Shown piece by piece: positions 5,999-14,484 of a stretch of DNA of 64,000 nt. The first letter of the stretch is position 1, and the number at the start of each line of letters is the position of its first letter. Position numbers and translations under genes: made by a program. The stretch covers positions 4,406 through 68,405 of the forward strand of contig JAFQSA010000044.1 of assembly GCA_017409765.1 (NCBI GenBank), in the 5' to 3' direction. The stretch is from Clostridia bacterium. GTDB lineage: Bacteria > Bacillota > Clostridia > Christensenellales > CAG-314. Below the pieces are notes generated by a model, which saw only the letters and a program-made list of their open reading frames with translations, was not told the DNA's origin and ran no database searches.

Positions 5999-7735
5999 TT
6001 ATTCCTTTGTGTACTTTGGTTTAGCGGAGTATGTTGTGTGCAACAAGTCGTGCGCCTTGTGACTGTTTGGTTTACCGAAGAATTCTTCGTAAATCTTAAG
6101 TACGGATGCGTTTGTGTGACTTGTACGGTTGGACATTGCTCTGTCGCCCTTGTAAAGCACGCTTGCGCGCTTTGTAATCAAAGTTGCTTTGTCGCTGTTG
6201 TAGTCGATGTTGATTGGTTGACCGCCACCGTTTACACAACCGCCACGGCATGTCATCACTTCAACAAAGTGGTAGTCAGCCTTGCCAGCGCGGATTTGTT
6301 CGCAAATTTCTCTTGCTTGACGGATGCCGTTTACAACTGCAACCTTAACAGCAATGCCGTTGATGTTGTATGTTGCCTTTTTGATCATCTTGGAACCACG
6401 AACTTGCTTAAATTCGATATCCGCATTAGGATCGCCACCAAGCATTTCATTAGCAGTTCTAAGTGCCGCTTCCATAACGCCACCTGTTGCACCAAACAAC
6501 AATGCTGCGCCTGTGTATTCGCCAAATGGACTGTCCATAACTTCGTCTGGAAGATTGTTGAAGTCCAAACTGTTTGTTCTGATTAGTCTTGCAAGTTCGC
6601 GTGTTGTCAAAACTGCGTCAACGTCTACAATACCATCAGTAAACGTACGGAGTTTTTCCCCTTTCTTTGCTGTACATGGCATGATGGAAACAACGTAAAC
6701 GTCCTTTGGATCGATGCCTTGTTGCTTAGCGTAAACGTGCTTGATCATTGCGCCAAACATGTTTTGTGGGGATTTGCAACTGGAAAGGTGCGCAAGAAGG
6801 TCTGGGTAGTTGTGCTCGATGTAGTTGATCCAACCTGGGCAACAACTTGTAAACATTGGAAGTTGTCCACCGTTTTGGATGCGACCGATAAGTTCTGTTG
6901 CTTCCTCCATGATTGTGAAGTCAGCAGCGCAGTTAACGTCAAACACTTTGTCAAAACCGCAAAGGTGAAGTGCGCGTACCATCTTGCCTTCTACGTTTGT
7001 GCCAACTGGGTTACCAAATTCTTCGCCAAGAGCAGCGCGAACGGATGGTGCAGAGCCAACAACAACGTGCTTAGCAGGGTTTGCAAGCGCTTCTCTAACG
7101 CGAGTGAGTTCGTCCTTTTCTACAAGTGCGCCAGTTGGGCAAACTGTGATACATTGACCGCAACCGATACATGGAGTGTTGGCAAGGTGCATATCAAATG
7201 CTGTGCCGATGTGAGTAGCAAAACCACGTTCGTTAGCACCGATAACGCCAATTGTTTGTGTCTTGTTGCAAACGGCAACACATCTACGGCAAAGGATGCA
7301 CTTTGTGTTGTCACGGATGAGGTACTCTGTGGAAGTATCTTGTGGTTCTTCGTTCATTTGACCTGCAAAAGCGTGGCAGTCGCAGTCGTATTCGTAACTG
7401 AGGCGTTGCAATTCGCAGTTTGTGTTACGATCGCAGGAAAGGCAATCTTTCTTGTGGTTGGAAAGGATAAGTTCCAACGTAGTCTTGCGAGATTTAAGAA
7501 CCTTTTCGCTGTTTGTAAACACTTCCATACCTTCGGAAACGGGGTAAACACAGCTTGCAACAAGGTTGCGCATGCCCTTTACTTCTACAACGCAAATACG
7601 GCAAGCGCCAATTTCGTTGATTTTCTTGAGGTAGCAAAGTGTTGGGATTTTGATACCGATGCTTTTTGCAGCTTCCAAAATTGTTGTGCCGGCTTCTACT
7701 TGAACTGGCATATTATTAATTTTTAAGTTAATCAT
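5999..7735 (-). CDS. hydA: [FeFe]-hydrogenase catalytic subunit, HydA/HndD type (group A3-like)
   Basis: All three H-cluster motifs are present: FTSCCPGW, MPCTAKKGE and EVMTCRGGCVNGGGQP. There are N-terminal 2Fe-2S and multiple 4Fe-4S Cys clusters. Last gene of the operon. Confidence 0.95.
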   Translation of the reverse strand: MINLKINNMPVQVEAGTTILEAAKSIGIKIPTLCYLKKINEIGACRICVVEVKGMRNLVASCVYPVSEGMEVFTNSEKVLKSRKTTLELILSNHKKDCLSCDRNTNCELQRLSYEYDCDCHAFAGQMNEEPQDTSTEYLIRDNTKCILCRRCVAVCNKTQTIGVIGANERGFATHIGTAFDMHLANTPCIGCGQCITVCPTGALVEKDELTRVREALANPAKHVVVGSAPSVRAALGEEFGNPVGTNVEGKMVRALHLCGFDKVFDVNCAADFTIMEEATELIGRIQNGGQLPMFTSCCPGWINYIEHNYPDLLAHLSSCKSPQNMFGAMIKHVYAKQQGIDPKDVYVVSIMPCTAKKGEKLRTFTDGIVDVDAVLTTRELARLIRTNSLDFNNLPDEVMDSPFGEYTGAALLFGATGGVMEAALRTANEMLGGDPNADIEFKQVRGSKMIKKATYNINGIAVKVAVVNGIRQAREICEQIRAGKADYHFVEVMTCRGGCVNGGGQPINIDYNSDKATLITKRASVLYKGDRAMSNRTSHTNASVLKIYEEFFGKPNSHKAHDLLHTTYSAKPKYTKE

Positions 7736-9534
7736 TTCTTACCACCTTCCTTGTAGATAGCTTTGAATTTACATTTAGATTCGCAAGCGCCACATTTTAC
7801 GCACAAATCGTTGTCGATAACGTGTGGTTGCTTAACTGTTCCGCGGATAGCGTTAGCAGGGCAGTTGCGAGCGCAAAGTGTACAACCAACGCACTTTGTT
7901 GGGTCGATTTTGTATCTAATCAAAGATTTGCATACGCCAGCAGGACAAATCTTGTCGCGTACGTGCGCTACGTATTCATCGCGGAAGTACTTCAATGTGG
8001 AAAGTACTGGGTTTGGAGCAGATTGTCCAAGACCGCAAAGGGAGTTTTCTTTGATGTAGTAGCAAAGTTGTTCCATCTTGTCAAGGTCTTCCATTGTAGC
8101 CTTGCCATCGGTAACTTTGCAAAGCATTTCGTACAAACGCTTTGTACCAATACGGCATGCTGTGCACTTACCGCAGGATTCGTCAACTGTAAACTCAAGG
8201 AAGAATTTTGCAATGTCTACCATGCAGTTGTCTTCGTCCATAACGATCAAACCGCCGGAACCCATCATGGAGCCGATGGAGAGAAGAGTTTCGTATTCAA
8301 TGGGGATGTCAATCAGTTCAGCAGGGATGCAACCACCACTTGGACCACCAGTTTGAGCCGCCTTGAACTTTTTACCATTGGGGATACCGCCACCAATGTC
8401 TTCGATAACTTGACGAAGTGGTGTACCCATTGGGATTTCTACAAGACCTGTGTTGTTGATCTTGCCACCAAGAGCAAATACCTTTGTACCCTTGGACTTT
8501 TCTGTACCCATTTGTGCAAACCAATCAGCGCCCTTCAAGATGATTTGCGCGATGTTAGCGTATGTTTCTACGTTGTTCAAAAGTGTTGGCTTGCCAAACA
8601 AACCTTTTACCGCTGGGAATGGAGGACGAGGACGTGGTTCGCCACGGTTACCTTCGATACTTGTCATCAAAGCGGTCTCCTCACCGCAAACAAACGCACC
8701 AGCACCAAGGCGGATGTCGATATCAAAATTGAAGCCTGTTCCCAAAATGTTTTTGCCAAGTAGGCCGTATTCACGAGCTTGACCAATAGCAACACGCAAA
8801 CGTTCAACGGCGATTGGGTACTCAGCACGGATGTAGATGTAACCTTGTTGTGCGCCAACAGCGTAACCAGCAATTGTCATTGCTTCCAGTACAGCGTGTG
8901 GGTCGCCTTCCAGTACGGAGCGGTCCATAAATGCGCCTGGGTCGCCTTCGTCAGCGTTGCAGGCAACGTATTTGACGTCGCCAGGGGCATCCTTTGTAAA
9001 TTGCCATTTGCGTCCTGTGGGGAATCCTGCGCCGCCACGGCCACGAAGACCGGATTTGAGCAATTCGTCAATAACGCCTTGTGGTGTCATTTCCGTCAAA
9101 GCCTTGATGAGCGCTTGGTAACCGTCGTAAGCAATGTATTCGTCGATGTTTTCGGGGTTGATAACACCGCAGTTACGCAAAGCAACACGTGTTTGCTTTT
9201 TGTAGAAGTTTGTTTCCGACAAAGCCTTGAGCTTGTTTGGCTCGTCCTCTTCGTCTTTGTGGAGCAAACGCTCTACAATACGTCCCTTTACAAGGTGTTC
9301 GCTAACAAGTTCTTCTACGTCTTCAATTTTAACGTGAGAGTAGAACGCACCTTCGGGGTAGATGATAACTACTGGACCAGCAGCGCAAAGGCCAAAACAG
9401 CCTGTTTGTACTACTTGAACGTCCTTTTCCAGTCCGCATGCTTGAATTTGTCTATTGAATTGTTTGATAATTTCTGCACTGCGGTTAGAGTGGCAACCTG
9501 TACCACCACAAACTAAAACGTGACTTCTAAACAT
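7732..9534 (-). CDS. hydB: NuoF-like NAD(P)H-binding flavoprotein subunit of bifurcating hydrogenase (HydB/HndC)
   Basis: GRGGAGFPTGRKW, an N-terminal thioredoxin-like 2Fe-2S domain and C-terminal CVGCTLCARNCP / CVKCGACESKC ferredoxin motifs. The stop overlaps the hydA start. Confidence 0.95.
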   Translation of the reverse strand: MFRSHVLVCGGTGCHSNRSAEIIKQFNRQIQACGLEKDVQVVQTGCFGLCAAGPVVIIYPEGAFYSHVKIEDVEELVSEHLVKGRIVERLLHKDEEDEPNKLKALSETNFYKKQTRVALRNCGVINPENIDEYIAYDGYQALIKALTEMTPQGVIDELLKSGLRGRGGAGFPTGRKWQFTKDAPGDVKYVACNADEGDPGAFMDRSVLEGDPHAVLEAMTIAGYAVGAQQGYIYIRAEYPIAVERLRVAIGQAREYGLLGKNILGTGFNFDIDIRLGAGAFVCGEETALMTSIEGNRGEPRPRPPFPAVKGLFGKPTLLNNVETYANIAQIILKGADWFAQMGTEKSKGTKVFALGGKINNTGLVEIPMGTPLRQVIEDIGGGIPNGKKFKAAQTGGPSGGCIPAELIDIPIEYETLLSIGSMMGSGGLIVMDEDNCMVDIAKFFLEFTVDESCGKCTACRIGTKRLYEMLCKVTDGKATMEDLDKMEQLCYYIKENSLCGLGQSAPNPVLSTLKYFRDEYVAHVRDKICPAGVCKSLIRYKIDPTKCVGCTLCARNCPANAIRGTVKQPHVIDNDLCVKCGACESKCKFKAIYKEGGKK

Positions 9535-9541
9535 TTTTTAT

Positions 9542-9913
9542 TTACTCCTCGTTGTCAATGAGATATTGTGTACAAATATTTCCGCCGACAATGTGTTTGT
9601 CGATGATTTCCTTTGCTTTTGCAGGTGTCACACGGCAGTATGTAACCTTTTCCTTACCAGGTTCAAGCACTTCTACGATGGGTTCAAGTGTGCACATTCC
9701 CAAGCAACCGGTGCGAACAACCTTCACGTTTTTGAGTTGGCGATTGGCAACTTCGTCCATAAGTGTGTTGAACACAGGGCGAGCACCTGCGGAAATACCA
9801 CAAGTAGCCATACCAACGATAACGCGAATTTCGTCGCTTGTGTCTTTGTCACGTACAACAATTTGTGACTTCATTTTGTCTCTTATTGCTTGGATATCAG
9901 CAATAGTTTTCAT
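9542..9913 (-). CDS. thioredoxin-like (2Fe-2S) ferredoxin (HndB-like)
   Basis: 123 aa with MATCGISAG ... RTGCLGMCTLEP Cys pattern; position matches hnd/hyd clusters. Confidence 0.85.
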   Translation of the reverse strand: MKTIADIQAIRDKMKSQIVVRDKDTSDEIRVIVGMATCGISAGARPVFNTLMDEVANRQLKNVKVVRTGCLGMCTLEPIVEVLEPGKEKVTYCRVTPAKAKEIIDKHIVGGNICTQYLIDNEE

Positions 9914-10458
9914 AACAGCATACCTCCGTTTATTGTATTCATGTTTTCATTTATCAACTGTTTTACAAATTGCAGTATTTCGGGAGTGTCCAATGGGATT
10001 CCCTCCAACTGTTGTTGTAGTTCTAGGGTGTCAAAGTCAAAGCCTTGACCGTTTGCATTGTATCGGTACACAATGCGTGTGTCGCCAAGTTCTGTCAGCA
10101 ACGTCATTATTGTTTCTCCCACATCCCCAAGTGGTGGCCTGTCGATGTGGTCTACGGCAAAGGTTGTGGTAACGGTTGTGCCAACACCAAGTTGGCTTTG
10201 GATATCAAAACTTCCGCCTGCCATCTCCGCCTCCATTTTGATTAGTGGTATCCCCAATCCAACTTTGCGTGTTGTGCGCGTGGTGGTGTAGGGGTCGGTC
10301 ACCTTTGCCAAAAATTCCTCTGTCATTCCGCAACCATTGTCTTTGATGGCGATTGTCAAGGTGTTGTTTTCCATGCTAACGTCAATTTCCACCAAGGTGG
10401 CCTTGGCTTTTAGGCTGTTTTCGGCAATATCCAGTATGTTCAAAGATAATTCTCTCAC
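9910..10458 (-). CDS. GHKL/histidine-kinase-like ATPase domain protein (no sensor or DHp domain)
   Basis: N-box-like LNILDIAENS, then DNGCGM and GLGIPL motifs. GTG start. Confidence 0.8.
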   Translation of the reverse strand: MRELSLNILDIAENSLKAKATLVEIDVSMENNTLTIAIKDNGCGMTEEFLAKVTDPYTTTRTTRKVGLGIPLIKMEAEMAGGSFDIQSQLGVGTTVTTTFAVDHIDRPPLGDVGETIMTLLTELGDTRIVYRYNANGQGFDFDTLELQQQLEGIPLDTPEILQFVKQLINENMNTINGGMLL

Positions 10459-10461
10459 AAT

Positions 10462-11145
10462 TCACCTCAACGCCTGCAAAATGCCCTTTGCCGAGCGCTC
10501 GACAACTTCCAATTCGCCATCGGCAACGCCAATATCTTCCAAGGTGTGCGCATCGCTGTTTGTGATAACTTTGCGCCCGGTGGTGTAGCGGTTTATTTGC
10601 TCGGTTGCAGTAGCGGAAATTTCCACAACGGAAAAGTCCTCCGTGACCGTACCAAGTATGGCAACCATGCCGTTTTCCTCGCGGTCGATGTGCGCCGCAA
10701 CGGCAATGCCATTGTGTTGTTTTGCAAGTGAAACAACTTCCTCGACGGAAACCCCACTTGCCACAAGCAACATGCGTTGTTCCTTTCCAAGGACGTTGTC
10801 ATCCTCGTCTAGTATCAGTTGCTCGCCAAAAATTTCCGCGCGGTTTTGTATGTCAGCAAAGTGAATACAATTGTAAAAACTTTGCAAGTCTTCGAATTTT
10901 TCAAACAAACACAAGATGTGGATGTCTTCCGCCGTTTGCAACTCCATGGCAGGCACCACAACAACGTCAAAAGCATCGCCAACGTCCATTGCCACTTTTA
11001 CGTTGGCAATAGCATTGTGGTCGGCGATGGCAACGGCGTCAAGGCCTTGTAGCTTTGCAAATCCCACAATGTTGGATGGCGTCATGTTGTCATCGGCGCA
11101 TGGGGACAAAGCGCTATGAATGTGCAAGTCGTACTTTATTCTCAT
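10462..11145 (-). CDS. PHP-domain (polymerase/histidinol-phosphatase-like) metal-dependent phosphoesterase
   Basis: Begins DLHIHSALSPCADD, followed by AIADHNA and AAHID motifs. Confidence 0.85.
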   Translation of the reverse strand: MRIKYDLHIHSALSPCADDNMTPSNIVGFAKLQGLDAVAIADHNAIANVKVAMDVGDAFDVVVVPAMELQTAEDIHILCLFEKFEDLQSFYNCIHFADIQNRAEIFGEQLILDEDDNVLGKEQRMLLVASGVSVEEVVSLAKQHNGIAVAAHIDREENGMVAILGTVTEDFSVVEISATATEQINRYTTGRKVITNSDAHTLEDIGVADGELEVVERSAKGILQALR

Positions 11146-11166
11146 GTTTGTGTTACTAGTGTTGTT

Positions 11167-11493
11167 TTAGCAGTTTTTTGCCACAAGCGCAATTGCCGAG
11201 TGCATATCTAGGCTTGTTGCAATAACGTTGATACCTTGGCTTTTTGCTCTTGCGACGAGCATTTCGTCAGGTGTGCAGTCTTCGCAAATGACAACCACAG
11301 CGCAATCTGTCAATGTTGCCACGGCGCAAACGTTAACGTTTGTCATGATGGTGTACCAAGCGCAATCGGGCATGGCGCGTCCCATAACAAAACTCAACAG
11401 ATCTCCGGCGTATCCGCCGTTAATTTCGCGCTCGAAGTCGCTTTCAGCAACTGTTGTTGCGCCAAGGATTTTTGCAAGTTCTTTTACTGTCAT
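11167..11493 (-). CDS. DRTGG-domain protein
   Basis: ATG at 11493 overlaps the upstream TGA (ATGA coupling). Paralogous to 13210..13554 (GDLLSFVMG / SDMMSDVLA). Confidence 0.8.
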   Translation of the reverse strand: MTVKELAKILGATTVAESDFEREINGGYAGDLLSFVMGRAMPDCAWYTIMTNVNVCAVATLTDCAVVVICEDCTPDEMLVARAKSQGINVIATSLDMHSAIALVAKNC

Positions 11494-12761
11494 TGTTTTT
11501 GTCCTTTGACCATGGGGCAAGGTGTATCTGCAGGAATTCGTCCCATCACGATATCTTCGCAAAAGGCACGGCAACTTGGCGCACCGCAAATTCCGCAGTC
11601 AAGTTGTGGTAACGTTTGGTAAATGCGTTGAATTTCCATCAACTTTTCAAAGGCAATTTGACGGTCGGAGTCAAAGCTTTGACCATCCGTTTGCAGTTGA
11701 CGCTCCACAAGGTAGTATTCCAAAGGCTTGTCAATTTCCGCAAGGGTGTTACCAACTGCGGGGAACTTTTTGCGCAATTGACGTATGCGTGCCTTTGCAA
11801 CAAATGGATTTTCCACGTTCAGTACGCCACCTACGCATCCGCTGATGCAAGCATTGAGTTCCACAAACTCAACGTCCGTCATACTGCCATTTTCCAATCT
11901 TTCCAAAATGTCAATAACGTTTTCGATACCGTCCGCTGCAAGGTACTTTTCGCACATCACGCCGGCAGCCTCGCCACCGCTACTTGCCCATTGCAAACCA
12001 AGCACGCCCATCTCCGAAAGGTTTTTGCTTTCGTGCAGTTTGGAAATGATTGGCATAAGCGCCATGTACACTTCCGCAACGGAAAGTACACCGTCAACGT
12101 AGTGGGAGTTTACCATCTTGTTTGCCTTCAAGGAGTAAACCTTTGCTGGGCAGGGCGACACAAAGAACACGCCAATGTCACTTTCCGCAACACCGTGGTG
12201 TGTGATTGCGCGCTCACGAGCCAACTTTGCCGAAATATCCACAGGTGGAAGTAGTGGCAAAAGGTTGGGCTTCAAGTTTTCGAAACGTTCGTTTATCAGT
12301 TCCAACACGGCAGGGCATGCTGTGCTGATGATAGGTTTTTTCAGTCGTCCCGCTGCAACAAGTTTTTGTGTAACTTGACTAACAAGTTCTGCGCCAATAC
12401 CCACTTCAAACACAAAGTCGAAACCAATCTTCTTCAACGCTGTCAAAATGTAGTTGATGTTTGCCACGTTGTTGAACTGTCCGTAGAAGGATGGTGGAAT
12501 AAGCGCAATCTTATACTTGTAGTTATTGATGATTTCCAACTTGTCGTAACTGGGGATTTTTGCAAGCGATTTGCAAATGCGTACGCACTCGCCACAAGCA
12601 ACACACTTGTCGTAGATGATGCTTGCTTTGCCGTTGCGCACACGGATTGCCTCTGTGGGGCAACGTTTTACGCAGGATCCACAACCGATGCACTTGGATG
12701 CATCAAGAGTTACGGTATGAAGTTTTTTCAGGTTTGTGTTTTCCAAAACTCTTTTCTCCAA
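11490..12761 (-). CDS. Fe-hydrogenase-like (large-subunit C-terminal domain) Fe-S protein, putative sensory/non-catalytic
   Basis: Two CxxCxxCxxxCP motifs. The H-cluster motifs are degenerate (STACPAV, SPCPAKV, CISGCVGG). C-terminal CGICGAPSCRAFCEDI Fe-S motif. The start is uncertain: the track uses TTG and no SD is visible. Confidence 0.85.
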   Translation of the reverse strand: MEKRVLENTNLKKLHTVTLDASKCIGCGSCVKRCPTEAIRVRNGKASIIYDKCVACGECVRICKSLAKIPSYDKLEIINNYKYKIALIPPSFYGQFNNVANINYILTALKKIGFDFVFEVGIGAELVSQVTQKLVAAGRLKKPIISTACPAVLELINERFENLKPNLLPLLPPVDISAKLARERAITHHGVAESDIGVFFVSPCPAKVYSLKANKMVNSHYVDGVLSVAEVYMALMPIISKLHESKNLSEMGVLGLQWASSGGEAAGVMCEKYLAADGIENVIDILERLENGSMTDVEFVELNACISGCVGGVLNVENPFVAKARIRQLRKKFPAVGNTLAEIDKPLEYYLVERQLQTDGQSFDSDRQIAFEKLMEIQRIYQTLPQLDCGICGAPSCRAFCEDIVMGRIPADTPCPMVKGQKQ

Positions 12762-12788
12762 TGTGATAGTAGTGTTTGTCTAACCAAG

Positions 12789-13208
12789 TTAGAACTTTAC
12801 AGTCATTGTGATGTGTGTTCCTACGCCAACGGTACTTTCTATCTCAAATTCGTCGGTGTACTTACGCATGTTTGGCAGTCCCATGCCCGCGCCAAATCCC
12901 AAAGATCTAACGTCCTCGGTGGCGGTGGAAAAGCCCGGTTGCATGGCTTGGTTGATATCGGCAATACCTTCGCCAGTATCCACAAGCTGAACAACGATTT
13001 TGTCCATGTAAATGTCCGCAATAGCCTTTCCGCCATTTGCGTGAATAACCATGTTTATTTCCCCCTCGTACATGGCAATGGCGATGCGACGGATCATTTG
13101 TGGATTGATTCCCAATCCTTTCAAGCAAAATTTGACGTTTTCCGTTGCTTGACCGGCGGAAACAAAATTGTTGCCATCAACGTCATATTCAAGATGGATG
13201 TGTTGCAT
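12789..13208 (-). CDS. anti-sigma-factor-type Ser/Thr kinase-like ATPase (HATPase_c_2, SpoIIAB/RsbW-like)
   Basis: Motifs DTGEGI and GFGAGMGLPN. The start was set at ATG 13208, one nt after the upstream stop. Confidence 0.8.
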   Translation of the reverse strand: MQHIHLEYDVDGNNFVSAGQATENVKFCLKGLGINPQMIRRIAIAMYEGEINMVIHANGGKAIADIYMDKIVVQLVDTGEGIADINQAMQPGFSTATEDVRSLGFGAGMGLPNMRKYTDEFEIESTVGVGTHITMTVKF

Positions 13209-13209
13209 A

Positions 13210-13554
13210 TCAGTTACCCGATGCAAGTCCAGCAGAGAACAACAATCCACATGCAGAGAACATGCGGTGTTGTGTCGTCATCATAACCAATCCCTTTTGC
13301 TTAGCAAGGGCAATGGCCTCCTCACTTGGACGCTTACCGCGAACAAACACAATGCACACCATGTCCATCATTTCCGCTGTGCGAACTACTTGTGGGTTGC
13401 AAAGACCTGTGATAAGCACCGATTGGTCCTTTACGTATGCCAAAACGTCACTCATCATGTCCGAGCCACAAGCGGAGTGCACTTCGTTGTGCTTGTTTTC
13501 TTCACAGCAAATAAACTCTGCCTCCAAAATTTGTGCAATTTGATTTATTGTCAT
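13210..13554 (-). CDS. DRTGG-domain protein
   Basis: 114 aa with a GGAGAA RBS; paralog of 11167..11493. Confidence 0.8.
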   Translation of the reverse strand: MTINQIAQILEAEFICCEENKHNEVHSACGSDMMSDVLAYVKDQSVLITGLCNPQVVRTAEMMDMVCIVFVRGKRPSEEAIALAKQKGLVMMTTQHRMFSACGLLFSAGLASGN

Positions 13555-13575
13555 AAAGTTTTCTCCAATGTACGA

Positions 13576-14064
13576 CTATTCGTACTTAGCCAAAATACCT
13601 GCAACGTCGTCTGGTGTAATTTTGCCGTAAACGTCGTCGTTGATGGTCATAACTGGCGCAAGACCACAGCAACCTACGCAACGTGTTGCGTCCAAACTGA
13701 ATTTGCGGTCGCGTGTGCATTCGCCACTTTCAATAGCAAGTAGTGCCTTTAGTTTTTCGTAGATTTCGCCAGAGCCTTGAACGTAGCAAGCAGTACCAAG
13801 GCAAATACCAATGCGGTATTTTCCCTTTGGGAACAAACTAAATTGAGAGTAGAACGTAACAACGCCGTAAACGTCGGACAAGGATACGCCCAATTCCTCT
13901 GCAATGATGGTTTGAACTTCGTAAGGAAGGTATCCGTACAAGTCTTGAGCAAATTGCAATGCAGGCATCAAAGATCCTGGTTGCTTTTTGAGTTCAGCAA
14001 GTTTTGCACGCAACAACGCTTCTTGTTCTGGTGTGCCTTCAAATGGCAATGTAGTACCTTTCAT
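13576..14064 (-). CDS. hydC: NuoE-like thioredoxin-fold 2Fe-2S subunit (HydC/HndA)
   Basis: GTACYVQG ... ATRCVGCCGLAP Cys pattern, GGAGG RBS, first gene of the operon. Confidence 0.9.
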   Translation of the reverse strand: MKGTTLPFEGTPEQEALLRAKLAELKKQPGSLMPALQFAQDLYGYLPYEVQTIIAEELGVSLSDVYGVVTFYSQFSLFPKGKYRIGICLGTACYVQGSGEIYEKLKALLAIESGECTRDRKFSLDATRCVGCCGLAPVMTINDDVYGKITPDDVAGILAKYE

Positions 14065-14184
14065 GTATAACCTCCAAAAATGTCTGTTTTGTCACATTTA
14101 GTGTAGATTTTTGCAATGCCTTCAACTGCGGTTTTTTGTGTACCACAGCGGAAAAACTACGCAAAAATCCACTTTAGTTTATAT

Positions 14185-14213
14185 ATTATATCATATTGTC
14201 GAAATTTAGCCAA
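14185..14213 (-). promoter_or_regulatory. sigma-A-type promoter of the hydrogenase operon
   Basis: Minus strand reads TTGGCT, 17-nt spacer, TATAAT. The leader is about 110 nt. Confidence 0.5.
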
Positions 14214-14433
14214 ATTTATTGATGTACTTTAGTGCATTAGATTTAATATTTAATTCCGATGGTGCCATAAGTTTTGCTTATGGAAACTATACCTTTCCTA
14301 AACAAAAATATATAATGAACATAACTTGCATATATCAAACAAAAAGCATTGTTGATTTTTGTTACAAATTTCCATTTTTCTAATATTTTTTTGTGATGTG
14401 CAATAAATTTGCTTGTGCCCTAACAAAAAAGTG

Positions 14434-14468
14434 CAACAAAAAAACCGCCTTGAAAACTCAAAGCGGTT
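14434..14468 (-). terminator. terminator of the P-type ATPase gene
   Basis: AACCGC.TTGA/TCAA.GCGGTT hairpin followed on the minus strand by a T7 run. Confidence 0.65.
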
Positions 14469-14484
14469 TTTGGTTTTTTAGTTG

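Noticed and set aside
5668-6586. Plus-strand track ORFs 5668-6024 and 5771-6586 spanning the REP cluster and running into hydA antisense.
   Set aside because: They read through tandem REP hairpins and the operon terminator and then run antisense to hydA. There is no RBS.
11490-12761. A second catalytic [FeFe]-hydrogenase.
   Set aside because: The L1/L2/L3 H-cluster motifs are degenerate (only one Cys in the TSCCPxW-equivalent). It was called a hydrogenase-like Fe-S, probably sensory, protein instead.
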